A stretch of 64,000 bases of DNA from Eledone cirrhosa (GCA_964016885.1 OZ024740.1:269142001-269206000); one strand, 5' to 3'. Positions 26,459-40,283 are shown, numbered from the stretch's first letter. Notes: generated by a model from the sequence alone, not told the origin. Program-made: numbers and translations.

Positions 26459-28833
26459 ACAAGCCTTCCTAATTTTGTTAAAAGGTACATTCGAACCACG
26501 AACCATTTTAGAAGACAAAGAACCAAAATATTACCTATAATACCGGAAAATACATTCTCATAATTATACCTATTATTCGTCTTAAAACATATATTTATGT
26601 TTATGTGAGAATGGTCAAAGAGCTCTATGTATATTATACTAATATTTACCGTTATAATGCAGAGCATCATATTCAAAAACAGAATTTAAGCAACGAACGA
26701 CAATCAATTCTAACTGCAATTGAAGAAATATATGTGTGCGTGCGCCATTGTACGAAAATCGACTCGCTTATTTCCCTTTATCGAAACATTTCTATTGAAA
26801 ATATAGCGGCCGCCCCGTGGTTTGGAAGATTGACAACTAATCCGACGCAATTTTCAACAATCTGTCTTGCATGCAACTGAAAACGATCTTCAAAGATTGA
26901 TTTAGATATTTTAAATATGTTGTCTATTTTAAATGGTCTAACATGCAAAACAAGAATTTAATTCACTCTCCGAATATAGCTCTTCCAAGTATATTTCCTG
27001 CGTTTTCAAAGGAATAAATTTTGTTTGACTTTCACTATTGAATATTTCCGCTCGTTAATACTTTCATTGCTGTGAAATTTGGATCTGTTTTTTCTATTAG
27101 GTTAAATCTAATCTCCGAGTGTATTTCGTCATATCTCCCAATTTCGTGTTGTTAATAAAAAATATAATGCAATGGATTTTATACAGGAATTGCAAGCAAT
27201 TTCATCGAGAAAATCGTGAGCTACACTTTCGAAAATGAATCCCTGTAAAACGTGCATTATTTCAAACGTTGTGCGGAAAAGTCAGGTGGAGGTGACGTTA
27301 TACCACCCATAGTTTATTTACATTTAGCTAAATAAAATATATGACGAGTTACAGCTATCAATGTTGTAGGTATAAATAGAAAAGACAAAATGCTTTTATT
27401 CTAAAATTTTTAATGCATTTTTATAGAAAAAAAAAAATGAAAATTTTTCAAACGTATTTTCATGTAACGGATATTACATTAGCACATTTAGAAATATAAA
27501 TGCCAGTTTTTTTTATAAGAAAAATACACTTCGTTTAAATATATAAATATAAATGCGAACTTTTTTTTATAATAAATAAACACTTACTTCGTTTAAATTT
27601 ATAAATAAATGACTATAAGAAATAAAACATTTCGTTTAAATATAAATTTCAAATGCCTTGGTTGCATAGCAAGTTTACCTCGTTTTATTCGTTCTGTAGT
27701 TCTACATTGATGAAAAAGTATAATCCAACCGAAACAGGCGTACTTGCGTCATTGTGCATGTTAAATATTGAAACATGTCCGGGACTGAAAGGCATACACG
27801 CCGGTCTGCCAACACTTATCAAACTTTTTCGATTTCTAACCATCTTGGTCAAACTTTTTTCAAATCTCTCATCTATTTTTTCCCTTTACTCGGGCAGAAA
27901 TGTGTCAGCCCATATCAAGTTATTAAAAAGATGAACGAAAGCTAGGTTGTTTACTTTGTTGGGATCATACAAGTGACAACTTCCTAAACTAAATAACATA
28001 ATTATAAATAGCAAAATTGATTTTGATCAACATTACCATCGTAAAAAATTATAATCCTTGAAGTGCGTCTTTAATTCTCCGAGTGGAAGATTGACAGCTT
28101 TGGATCTGAATGCATTTGGATCTGAATAAACCTTAGGATGAACGTGGTGTTCTGATGTATTTCGTGTTGATTTTAAATAAATAAAATTGACAGTCACGTG
28201 AGAGTCACTATTGATGTTTATAAAAACATATGTATAAGAACTGAGGAAATTTTTTGCTAAAATGTCTAAAAGTCTATGAAAGTTTAAAATAGCCTTGAAA
28301 TGACAGACAAAAAATATTTTTAGCAAAAACAACAAATTTAATTTTTATAGGTCTACAAAGTCTAAAATTTATTATGATTTCAAAATAAAGTCTAAAAAAT
28401 TTTAAATATGAAATATTGATAATTGTCGAAACTTTGCTTTCAAAGAAAATATCTGAAGTCTTAGAGAAAAAAAAAGTAAAAAAAAAAAAAAAAGTAAACA
28501 ATTAACAAAAGCAGTTGGTCAAACAATTCCCTAAGGAATTAATAGAAATCTAAAGAAATTATACTGGTGAAAACCAGAATCAGTGGTGATAGAGTGTAAC
28601 TAAATTTATATACATGCATACACACACACACGCACACAGACGCACACAGACACACACAGACACACACATAAGGTCAATATAATGTTGATGTTGATAGGGA
28701 GAGGTTAGTGATCTGTTCTACAGTGAAAGTTCCCAGGGAAAATAAAATGGAGACAAAAATTTAGTATAGGCTGAAAACCACAACCTACGCATACATATAT
28801 GTATATATTTGTGAATACACACACACACACATG

Positions 28834-28929
<96 letters not shown>

Positions 28930-29517
28930 CATGTATGTATATATTCAAATTTATAGATATATGTATATATATAGAGAGAGAGAAAGAACCATATATCTTA
29001 TGAGAATTTTGTACACATACAAAGCCCATATATCTAGGAAGAATACTTACTTTAGATGGAAAGAGTTCTTATTTCTAATGGTCATTTCATGAGTCAAAGA
29101 GAACCACAAATTAAAATAGAACCAAGCTATCGATCATTGATCCCCAACTATCGATTTTGGTTAAGTTATGGGAGACGCGAACCAATCATTACGTCAAGTA
29201 TATAAATCAAATAAATCAATATAGTATATAGTACAAAATACCTCTCGGCTTACCGATCAATCCCTACGCGAATTGTAGCATGGAGTAATAACGTTTAACC
29301 GAATGCTACAGATACAAACAAAACTGGACGTCATTTCCGCTAGAAAGAGGTGCGAAATTTTAGTCACAGCAGCTCAACAAATAAGGTATTTGGAGGTGTT
29401 ATATACAAAAACATATCAAATATATATGATATTTGTGTTTCTCAATTGAAAAGATCAATGGACATTTGTCGAGAGCATCAAAAATTCAAATTTATATATA
29501 TATATATATATATACAT

Positions 29518-29740
29518 ATAATTGTTTCTAATTTAGGCACAAGGTCAGCAATTTGAAGTGGGGGGGAAAGTAGCTTAAATTGACACCAGTGCATTACTGG
29601 TGCTGTAATTTATCGACCCCGTAAGGATGAAAGGCAAAGCTGACCTTGACGGGATTTGAACTCAGAACATAAAAGGCCATAACCTTATGACGAAAAGCAT
29701 AGTGTCCGACGCTCTACCGATTCTGCCAATCCACAGCCCC
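29518..29740 (-). mobile_element. tRNA-derived SINE
   Basis: Same family as 40541-40727, reverse orientation. Confidence 0.9.
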
Positions 29741-30196
29741 TATATATGTATGTATATAAAGAGAAAAAGAACCATATATCGCTGATCTGAATTTTGACCA
29801 AGATCTGTGCCAAATAAAAATCTATCTGAGCTCTAAATTCTAAGATCTATGATGAATTTGCCAAATGGTAAACTCGTCAATATCTCATATGGATTAGTCT
29901 CTTGACTAAGTATCAACCTACATCAGTTAGCGTAGTTTTTCAATGATAGATTAGAACAGAGTTTTTTCTCCTGAGAACAGGAAATTTTATATTGCAGCAA
30001 CATATATGTAAATAGTTTTCATTTTATCATTTGATGTTCATTTTTAAATGAATAATAAATATCTTGCTTGAGTATAACATTGAGTATAACATAAGGTCTA
30101 AACAATTGTCCTAATAATTACATACAGACACAAACAGACAGCAAAAAATACACACACACAGATACTCAAACACACACACGCACTCACACATACACG

Positions 30197-30246
<50 letters not shown>

Positions 30247-30427
30247 AATATATATATACATATATAAATGTTGAATATATGTTGGTTGTTTACCCATACC
30301 TCAGTATGCAGATTGGAGCACTCGACGAAGTATGCAGGTTGGTTTGTTTACTCCGGAGTAATGTAAAATAAAATAAGTAAGTCAAATATATAAAATATGG
30401 CTTCGTTTATTATAAACTATAGATTTA

Positions 30428-30480
30428 CTGCTATATATATTTCGGTGACAGCCATTATTGGCCGTGGCCTCTTCAGGCAG
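30428..30480 (-). ncRNA. Type I hammerhead ribozyme (paralogue of 24998-25050)
   Basis: Minus: ctgc CTGAAGA ggccacggcca-ataa-tggctgtcacc GAAA tatata TA gcag. Confidence 0.85.
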
Positions 30481-31429
30481 TCCGAATTGGTGTGGAAAAG
30501 ACAAGTACACATGTTGTTTAAGTGTTTTTCACTCTGTCAATACATCGATATGTCCAGCTCCTGGGTGTGTTGTTATTCTTCCGAGGGACTGGAATCATAT
30601 GAACTAGAGCAAACGAATTTCAACGTCATAAGACACGATCGTAACCCATTAGTCTACCACTTCAGTTATACCATATACGTGGTTTTGTCTTTGCGTGTAA
30701 TTGTTCTCATCACTCCACATAATGACGTATTATCTTCGTTTTTTCCGTTCATTGCCAGAGAACGTCTCAACGAACCACCTAATAGAATATTTGTCTACGA
30801 CTTCATTTATACCATAAACGTGGTTTTGTCTTTGCGTGTAATTGTTTTCACCGCTCCAAATTATGAGGTATTATCTTTGTCTTTATCCGTTCTTTGCCAG
30901 GGAACGTTTCCACGAACCAAAGTATCGTCTTCCTGTCTTCCTTCGGTTGCAGCGTTTTTCGAAATATTTACTTCTACGTTCACAGATTGATTTTTTTAGT
31001 TTCAGAAGATCCCGTTAAGGGTGAAAGCAGCGATTCTTTGCTTAAACTTTAATCTGTTATTTTAATAAATTAATATATATATATACATATATATATATTT
31101 GTGTGTGTGCGTCTATAGTCGAAAACAAATGGTGTTCGAGTACGTTCACTTCTTAGAACAAAAAAAAAGAAGAAACAGACATTGGCAAACACGTGTTACT
31201 GATGTTGTTGCCTTAGATTGCTCATCAAGCCAGGAAATTACTTACATACAATACCACAAAGTGTGCAGGTCAATTTCCCACCTGCTTGAGTTTGATTGGC
31301 GTTGCATGCAATCTGGTGCCCCCTTAGCACACTTTCTGTCTGACACACTTTGGTAGAGGTGAATATCTAACGTCAAGGTGTACGGAGTAGACAAAGGTGT
31401 TATTTCCCTGAGTATCACGTATGCTAGAA

Positions 31430-31646
31430 CAGGTATGTCAAACTGAGGGTCACCCGAGGGCCACATGGATCACATATGTGTTGTCTGAGGGCCACACATG
31501 ACAACTAATTGCACACATTACAGCTATTTTTTTTTATTTTATATTACGAATATAAAACATGCTCGCGCTGTAAAAATCTTTGTCGGACCGCAGGTGTGCT
31601 TGTAAAGGGCGCATGCAGCCCGCGGGCCTCATGTTTGACATGTCTG
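31430..31646. mobile_element. hAT (Charlie-type) MITE
   Basis: TIRs CAGGTATGTCAAAC / GTTTGACATGTCTG; 8-bp TSD tgctagaa / tgctagag. Confidence 0.85.
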
Positions 31647-33104
31647 TGCTAGAGGTTAATAGTCCACTCTTTGATATACAAACACGTATGTGGAGATCAG
31701 TATCGGATTATGTCATCTCATTTGATTCTGATCACCACTGTGTCTAGTGAACAAATCGATCCCAGAGGCGGAGCTGATTGTAATTGATTAAGGCTCCGAG
31801 ATGGTCATTAAGAAAACACATGCGTGATTAAGTATAAAATATTAAGTTAAATTTCGATCTCTCATATTTAAATGTATATGCAGAGAGAGAGAGGGGGGGA
31901 GAAAGAGAGAGGGGGGGGGGGAAAGAAAGAGAGAGAAAAAGAGAGAGACAGAGAAAGAGAAAGAGAGAGAATGCGAAAGAGAAAGGGAGAGAACTGGAGA
32001 GAAAGAGGCAAAAGATTTATGAACCTTCGTTAAATCGTACTAATCAAGGTAAGAGTGAACCTATTTTAGCCCATTGGCTAAGTTAATTGATGACAGAGGT
32101 TAATATTGCTTACGATATTGAAAATATAAACACTTTTCACTGAACAAATTCAACCATAATATGATTAAATAATACTGTAAACATCACAGAAGACAAAGGA
32201 ATATGTATTTAATTATGATCCAAAATATGGCATTGATATTATAATTTAACATTGGTGGTTGTGCAGCACTCACCTTGCACACATTGAATTTACGCTTCGA
32301 TGGCTCTGATATTTAATTATGAAGGCCGAAATCAACTCTGGTGATGACTTTTTAATTATGCGTTTGCGTGTGAGGGTACATATATGTGTGTGTGTGTGTA
32401 TGAGAGAGAGAGAGTGTGTGTAAATCTTATGTTTAGAAGCTCGCAAAGACATTGAAAGGGTTGAAAATAATAAATAATGAATGAATGAATGAAAGAAAGC
32501 CAAGAAAAACAGAGAAAAGGTTGTTGTAGCAAGACAATCTTTACTTTAGAAATGTTTTGCCGTTAGATAATGTCGTAAGGTCAACTAAATTTGTCAGATG
32601 AAGAATGGGAAACAAGGCAAAATAAACATAAGATAAATCAGAAGTATCGTAAAAAAAATTTCCAGAGTAAAAAGGAAAACACAAAAACAAATCTATTGAA
32701 AACTATAATGAAAAACTGAATCAACAAGTAGATGAGAATACGTAATTCGAAAAAGAAACATTACAATAGATAACAGGCAGACTGTTTTTTGCTTAAACTT
32801 AGAAAATGAGCCTAAAACCAAATAGATACCAGAAAGTGATAGATAAAAGATATAATTATAGGGACGAACAATGTAAAAGTACGTGAGAGCGGCGAAAAAA
32901 TATAGTGAGAAAGAAACGCAAAATAAACAAACATTCAATCATACATACATTTATGCACACGCGCCCACACGGGCGGAATCAACGGAACTACCTGCTCGTA
33001 AAACTAATGTGTAAAAGACTGAGCATTCCACAGACAACAGCATCATTAAGGTAGTCCTCAAGGAGATCTAGCGTGACACAATGTATGACAACTAATTTTT
33101 TGCT

Positions 33105-33600
33105 AGCTTCTTTTTATCGTGTCCACAAGAGTGTCGGCTACAAAGCTTGGCTAGATGTGGTTCCACCACAGCTGAACACAATGCTGTCCTTTCTCATTAA
33201 CCCTTTAGCATTTAAACCGGCCATATCTGCCCAGAATTCTCTCACCTCTTTCTGTTCAAACCGGCCATAACAAGCTATTCATACTTTTGTTAAGGTATTG
33301 TTCTCAAATTAAATAATATCAAAATCTCGTAGATTTGATATTGTGAGAGATAATTATGTGAAATAAAGTGTTTACCGTGAAAATACAATAAAAAATATAG
33401 AATAATGTAAATGCTAAAAGGTTAAACTCTGCCAAGTCCAATGCTGTGCAGGGGTGTTCAAGCAGGGGAAACATCAGGAGGTTCTGCGTGGTCTGTGGTT
33501 CGATGCGGCAGTCACACACAACGTCCCCATTCTTTAAATATCCACATTTTGCCAGATTGGCTTTTGTACGACCAACACTAGATCTTAGTCTGTTGAGGAC
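33105..33600 (-). mobile_element. 3' end of an Ingi/Vingi-like LINE, interrupted by a MITE
   Basis: LNRLRSSVGRTKANLAKCGY...CDCRIEPQTTQNLLMFPL...DLAEFN continues after the MITE as EKGQHCVQLWWNHI*; decayed zinc-knuckle region; clade assignment is tentative. Confidence 0.6.
33201..33421. mobile_element. piggyBac-type MITE
   Basis: TTAA|CCCTTTAGCATTTA ... TAAATGCTAAAAGG|TTAA. Confidence 0.88.
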
Positions 33601-33629
33601 TAATGTGAAATAAAGGAGAAAAAATAAAG

Positions 33630-33720
33630 ATTCTTGCGTACGAATACAACGCACCACCCAGTCCCGTAAATCGAACTCACGATGAGAAGCGGAACACCCT
33701 AACATCTATGGCACGCGCCT
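33630..33720 (-). mobile_element. Decayed tRNA-like SINE head (second SINE family)
   Basis: Minus: aggcgcgtg...gttagggtgttc...gtgagttcgattt; similar to 48654-48739. Confidence 0.55.
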
Positions 33721-33731
33721 ATATATATGTA

Positions 33732-33899
33732 CCGTATATCGCGGCGTCGAAGACGCTACTTTTTTCCTAAAATAAGTCTCAAAAATCTACCATGCTTCAT
33801 GGAGGCGGAAGGTTGTTTATTATTTTTGTTCTAATTTTAGGTTGTCAAAATTAGGGTGCGTCCTCGAGGACAAAGCGTCTTCAGTGCCGGGAAAGACGG
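33732..33899. mobile_element. Tc1/mariner superfamily (pogo/Tigger-like) MITE
   Basis: TA|CCGTATATCGCGGCGTCGAAGACGC ... GCGTCTTCAGTGCCGGGAAAGACGG|TA. Confidence 0.75.
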
Positions 33900-33926
33900 T
33901 ACGTATGTTTTGTGTGTGTGTGTGTA

Positions 33927-33985
<59 letters not shown>

Positions 33986-34871
33986 CGAAAACTCGACACA
34001 GTCTCCCATAACTTAGATAACGTTCTCTGACTGAAGGCCTAACGGCACCAGTTGTATGCAGGGAGAACAATGGATAACTTTCCCTTTGAAAAAATCAATC
34101 TGCTTCCCGCATCGCAACAGACAAATTTCCTTTTTCATTCGGCTTGTAATGTAACAACATATACAGTGTTCACTACGGCAAGCCAGCCTTGCTGGAGTCG
34201 ACACTAGCTGAGAAACTTTTACGAACACAGGTCAGGTCAGTTAAAAATTACTACATTTGCAAATCTGACACACTACATTCCTTTTCCGTTGTTCATTGCT
34301 GCACATAATTTCGTAGTAAATCATGTTACAAATAAAAACATTAAAATTAGCGGTGTCTTGTTCATTTGTTAATGCTTATCCATGTAATATGGGGAAATCA
34401 TCTTCTCCATGTAATATCCCTGCACACCACAACAAGCAAGTACAACTTCTTGTTTCCTTGAATATGTCATTGCTTCTCTCGATTCACTGAGAATAACTTC
34501 ACTTACTCACTTGCCATTATTCGCCCAAGCCACCAACTTATCAACTTCACATTTCTTCTTCACCACCACTACTACTACTACTACTACTGCTACTGCTGCT
34601 GCTGCTACTACTACTACTACTACTACAACAACAATTAAACGAATCAAGCAGGTAACAACAAAACTAAAACATTTCAAACGCAGTTAAATATATATACATA
34701 TATCTATATAAATATATAGATACACCTAGAGAGTAGGAGATAAACAGATAAACAGTCTACTCACATATACAGATATTCATTTATACATTAATAAAAAAAA
34801 AAGACTTACATACACACGCATATTTTGTAAATCAAACATTCATATAAACATGTAGACACACATACAGACAT

Positions 34872-34938
<67 letters not shown>

Positions 34939-35129
34939 CACATACACACACATATATATATATACAGTATTTACGTATCGAGAGAGAGAGAAAAAGGGGA
35001 GGATAGGTGATACATATAGTTATTTGCCAAGTAGCGTATGCCAAATGGGCTCAATACTAGTGCCGGCAGTATTAAATATTAGAAGTGTTAATATTTAGTG
35101 GGCTAGGGAGTTAGCAGAGCGTAAGCACG

Positions 35130-35924
35130 TGGAAAAGTAAGAAATCGGAGAATAGACCGTTAAAACATGTTTATTTAAAACAGCACCTACGTACGTTTCG
35201 CCCAGTTGGGCTTCTCAAGGGCATAAATAAGCAAAAGTGTTCCTTACATTGCTCGGAAAGAGTTTTGGGGGTTAAATTCACGTCAAGGTTCATTGCTCGC
35301 AAAAATAGCGTGTTTTGATTTTGCAGCAGGTCAAGGGAGGTAACTCTGGTCGGTGTTAGGGCAGTCTTTCCCGGACAAATTTTTATCCGTTACAAGATGA
35401 GGTTACAACCTTACCATTGTCGATACGCACAGGGTCATGTAACCAACGCTTATTTTGAGAGGTTTGTTTTTCCGCACCTGTTTGTCTGGGTCATTTGAGG
35501 CTAGGTCTGGTATGCATGGTTAGTTTCCTGGGTGTTATTTTGCAGCGCCTGCCCTCCGGGGTGTTAAAACTTGCTGCAGGAAGATCCGGTGCACGGTTTC
35601 ACTCCTCCTCCTTAACCCATCTGAAGAAGGATATTTTTAAGCGATGTGTACAACTTATCGCTGTTTCAGCTCTGCTGTTGGTGAGCTCGTGGGGTGCAGT
35701 TATGATGTGGTAGAGCTCCATGAGGCAAAGATCGCATTTCCTCTTGAAGTTGTACGGTGCAGCCCTGCCGTCAATATCCCAGTGAGTGGAGAAGCTGATG
35801 TTTAAGTCCTTTAGTGATGTGATGTAGTCCGCGAGCGAAGTGTAGTGTCTTAGTTTTTATTTGTGAAAGAGTGGAGATGTGATCGAAACCTAATTTTGAA
35901 CGTTCCGGAGGTAGCCCCTATATA
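35130..35924 (-). mobile_element. PLE 3' fragment (GIY-YIG C-terminal half plus 3' UTR)
   Basis: Hand translation of the minus strand: YIGATSGTFKIRFRSHLHSF/.../TSLADYITSLKDLNISFSTHWDIDGRAAPYNFKRKCDLCLMELYHI...CTH; absent from the ORF track because of a frameshift. Confidence 0.85.
35183..35222 (-). ncRNA. Minimal hammerhead ribozyme, U3-A8 core variant
   Basis: Minus: gccc TTGAGAA gccc-aact-gggc GAAA cgtacg TA ggtgc, located in the 3' UTR of the PLE fragment. Confidence 0.72.
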
Positions 35925-36588
35925 ATGTTTAATGCTATTGTGGCTAGTTACAGTGCATCTCTATATAACCCTATCAGTCAAGCAGTATCCTCTAAGGGGG
36001 CAGCGTCCTCTGTCGCGGCAGTAGCAATTTCTGTCGCGGTTCCATCCATTTCCCACGGTAACGCTATCATTGTTGCTGCCTACGTTGGGAAATGGATGGA
36101 ACCGCGACAGAAATTGCAACTGCCGCAACAGAGGACGCTGCCCCCTTGTTTCTTTCTTCTCTCTCACTAGCACTATTCATCCTCTCCTCTTATTTTTTCT
36201 TCTCTTTCCATCCATACACCTTTAAATAAACAGTTTTTTTATTATTTACATATTCATTTGCATATTCACACATAAGTTTGAAAAATCCCTAATATATTTC
36301 CACTATCCGGTGAATTTCCAACCGATAAGGTATGATTTTCTTGGGTATGTCTCTATTTATAAAACAAACTTTGTATTAGATCTGATTAAAGTGTACCAAT
36401 GTGTCTTGGTACCCTTGAAATATATATAAAATAAATATGGTTTTATAAATATAGTTTCCATTTATTCAATATCATCGAATATTTACTCCAGTAAACTGTT
36501 GAGTGCTCTAAATCAGTTATAAACATTTATATTTGTCGGACTTCCAACAAATTAAATACCCTCTACTTATATATATATATATATATAT

Positions 36589-37194
36589 GTCAGGTCACCA
36601 GTTGGTGCTACTGGTAACATGTATCCCAGTACAACCTGTCTCATGGTCGGGTCGTTGGCGACTAAACTGGCAACCCCACCAAGGTTTCTTGGTGAGGAGG
36701 GTGACTTTGGACATCCTGCAGGACTAAAAACAAAACCTGTCAAAGGGCAAAGGAGCTCTTAAGAGTCAATGGCCATCCAAAATCACCGGGAGAGATGACC
36801 CCTTAGCCTTTGTCAAGGCAGAATTCTAGGAGAAGGAAAACTCTGATATAACACCTGCAACCCTGATGGTATCCAATGATGTTGACTTGTTCTTCTTTTT
36901 GGTAAATATCATCTTGGTTAAGAGAGTGGGACTGGCTTTGTGCAGTGCCTTTGCTCACTATAAAAGCTTCACGGCACAGGCATTGCTTTATATCTGGAGA
37001 TCTCTCTGCACTTGTCGTCACATGGTACCATGGGCCCAGCACTATGTGTCAATAATTGTCACAAGTGTAGTGTTTGTACCAGAGTTTTCAAGTCGCTGGC
37101 TGGACTAAAAAGTCACAGTCGTTCAGTGCATCGGTAGGGGTTCTCCTACATGGATATAAAGTAGTGGCCGTACTCGAAAACGAGTTGGCAGCCA

Positions 37195-37197
<3 letters not shown>
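36589..37197 (+). mobile_element. ~610-bp non-autonomous retroelement with RTE-like 5' UTR signature, inserted in (TA)n
   Basis: Near-identical inverted copy at 57727-58336 with the same ends; ctaggagaaggaaaactctgat motif recalls RTE 5' UTRs; 3' hairpin actcg-aaaa-cgagt. Confidence 0.7.
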
Positions 37198-37251
<54 letters not shown>

Positions 37252-37339
37252 AAAATAAATTTTAAAACTTCGCTGTACTTACTATATGTGCCTTTACCGC
37301 GGTTTCAAGTTCCAATATATATATATGTATGAATGTAAA

Positions 37340-38865
37340 AGGTAAACAGAAATAATAACACAGTCGGTACAATATATGGAAGGAATATATATATTACGTT
37401 AACGCTTGAAATCGCAGAAAGAGGGTCTTAACGTTTCGGACGTTAGTCATTCATCAGAAGAAATAATGAGAAATTAAAAGGATTGAAGGGACGGGTGGAG
37501 TGGAATTGGAAAATTTTTTTTAGAGAAAAATAACAGATCTATTCATGTTGACATCTCTTGTGTATGATATATCTTTTTAGAAAAGTGGATGAGGGAGCGC
37601 GTCTGAAATGGAAAAAAAAGCTGTTTTGTACAAAGAGCTATACTTGCGCGTGTACGCATGCATGCGCGCGCACGCGCGTGTGTGTGTATATGTGTGCTGT
37701 GTGTGTTATTATACGTCCGTACGAAGCTAAGAGGATATATGTATATGTAAGTAAAAGTGTGTGTGTATGCTTGTAAGTACGTGAGCTATGAGCAAAAGTA
37801 TGTTAATATAGGGGTGTGTATGTGTGCGTATTTAGTTAGTCTGTGCCAGCTGTAAGAGTATATGTTTCTGACCAAAAGAGAGCTATATGAATCTAGGGGT
37901 GAATGTACAAGCGCGTGTGTGATAACGGACGGGGTATTAAAGAAATTGGGAAGGGGGGGTTGAGTCATTGAGGGAAACAGGACCCAAGGCGGTAAATCAC
38001 ACTCTGTTCAGTCCTGGTGCGTGAGGCCTGTGATCCGTGATGTAAAAGAACACCCAGGACTGAGACATGTAAGGAAGAGAGACCAGCGGAACAGAAATGA
38101 CGGGCGACGGGAGTATCCAAACCGAATAGTATGTCCCTCAAATGTTCAGCGAAACGGTTCGCCAAGCAGCGTCCCGTTTGTCCGATGTATAGGACCCACA
38201 CAGGGAACATCGGAGGGCAGAGACAGTGTGGGTGGAGATACAGATGAAGGAGTGGTGGATACGGAATAAACCGTTGGGGCCTGTGAGAGTGGTGAGGGTG
38301 GAAATGAAAGGACAACTGTTGCAGCGGGGACGAGAACAAGGATGAGAGCCGAGTAGAGTCGTAGGAGAAGACGAAAAGGAACTACGTACCAGGGGGTAAC
38401 GGAGGTTACGGGCGCGCTTAAATGCGATAATAAGTGGGTTAAGAAAAAAGCGAGTAGTGGCGGGGTCAGAAGAGTGAGTGCGGTAGGTAGGGAGAATATG
38501 TCGCAGGAGTGGTAGGGTCATATGGGGGAGAGGGGTGCTTGTGAGTAGAGAGGACTGTGGTACGGTCGGTTTCACGGGCAGGTGAGAGCAGCTTGGATCA
38601 GGATGTGTGGATATTCACGCTGGGTGGAGCGGGGGAGGGGCATGTGAAGGAAATGGGTTTCGAAATCGTAGTCCTAGCTACAGTGCCGACGAAGACGGAG
38701 GAATTGGGAGTAAGGTATAGAGTGTTTCGTGTGGATTGGATGGGAGAAGGTGAAGTCGAGGTAAGAGTAGGAGTCAATCGGTTTATAGAAGATGGAAGTA
38801 GATAGGGTGTGGTGAAAGTGATTGATAGATCGAGATATCGAGAAAAGGGACAGAAGAATCGGAGA
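37340..38865 (-). mobile_element. 5'-truncated PLE (RT thumb, Cys linker, GIY-YIG, 3' UTR)
   Basis: YKPIDSYSYLDFTFSHP...SIPYSQFLRLRRHCS; AFKRARNLR...PCSRPRCNSCPFI; LYIGQTGRCLANRFAEHLRDI...PVARHF. Confidence 0.9.
37426..37461 (-). ncRNA. Minimal hammerhead ribozyme in the PLE 3' UTR
   Basis: Minus: tctt CTGATGA atgac-taac-gtcc GAAA cg TT aaga. Confidence 0.72.
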
Positions 38866-38867
38866 CC

Positions 38868-38914
<47 letters not shown>

Positions 38915-40283
38915 CGTGCGCGCGTATGTGTGTGTGTATCTGTGTGTGTGTGTGTGTATGTGTGTGTGTGTGTCGGGTTCAACCGGGGGTAACCACAGTA
39001 AATAAAGTACTCAATACATAAATCTCTCTCTATATAAAATTCTTTGTCTCTCTGAATGTCTGTATTTTCCTTATGCATTCTCAAATGGCATGACCAAATC
39101 AAATCAAGGTATATTAGACCCCGGGAGTTACAACATGTAATTTTTATTTTCATTTGGATTAAAACAATACAACATTTTATCTAAAATAATCTTTCTATAG
39201 TCAACTATACTATGACGGCGACGGCGACGATGACGTCACATTACGTCACATTACGTATATGAGCGTGTATGTGTCTGTGAGTGTGTGTGTATTTACGCGT
39301 TCGTTACGTACGTTAGGCCTTGGTAAGTTACATAGGCATACATCTGCACGTAAATATTTAATCAGATACACAGAAAATTAAATGCATACACACATCTTCA
39401 CATGTGATGAGTGACAAGTATATGTGTATGAGTGTATGTGAGAGTGTATGTATGTGAGAGTGTATGCGTGTGTGCGTGTGTGTGAGAGTGTATGTGTGTG
39501 TGAGTATACATACATTTCTGTGACGATTGATATAACAAAGGTAGGGGGGGTTAAACTGTGTGTGTTTCTATGAATGTATGTCTGGGAGTGTGTTTTTATA
39601 AGTATGTGTAGTGCATGTGTGTCTGTTCGTGGGTGAAACTGTGTGTGTTTGTATGAATGTATGTCTGTGTGTGTTTATATAAGTGTATGCTTGTGTGAGT
39701 GTGTGTGTGTGTTTGTTGTTCGTTAAAGTAGCAGTTAATACATTTGCTTATATTTGGTTAATTTACACTGCATACAAAAATAATAATTAATACATATTTC
39801 TTTTGAATGTTGATACTTATTTGTTTACAATATTGAAAAAGAATGTCTTTATTCTAAAAAGTATTGTCATACCTACAGCTGTTCCATTTGAATTTAAGAG
39901 GCTTCAGTTTCCAGTCAAACTATGTTTTGTTATTTCAATTAACAAATCTCAGGTCAATTCCTAAAGGTAGTTGGACTTGATCTCTCTATCTACTACATGT
40001 TTCTCCCACGGTCAACTCTATGTTAGATGCTCACGAGTTGGAAGCAAAAAAATGTATTCATTTGGACACCAACAAAAAGTTACACAATGAATATTGTTTA
40101 CTCTGAAGTGCTTCAAGATTGACAGATTTTCATTTCTAAATTCTATTATCTGATATTTTAAAAATAAAATATAGATGTTTTGAAATAATTATGAGAAAAA
40201 AGATATATCTTTATATCTATTGTTTACTAATCTGAATAAGAACAGAAGTAACTCGGACAACGCTGGTTCATTCAGCTAGTATT

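Noticed and set aside
30397-30990. 197-aa ORF and its relative 24725-25033
   Set aside because: Antisense to an HHR-bearing repeat and spanning a tandem duplication; no domain similarity recognised
39226-39260. TGACGTCA plus two TTACGT(C/A) repeats as a CRE/AP-1-type enhancer
   Set aside because: Embedded in low-complexity repeat sequence with no associated promoter or gene
40248-40280. Helitron-like 3' end (hairpin plus CTAGT)
   Set aside because: Hairpin is degenerate and no matching 5' TC terminus could be placed confidently
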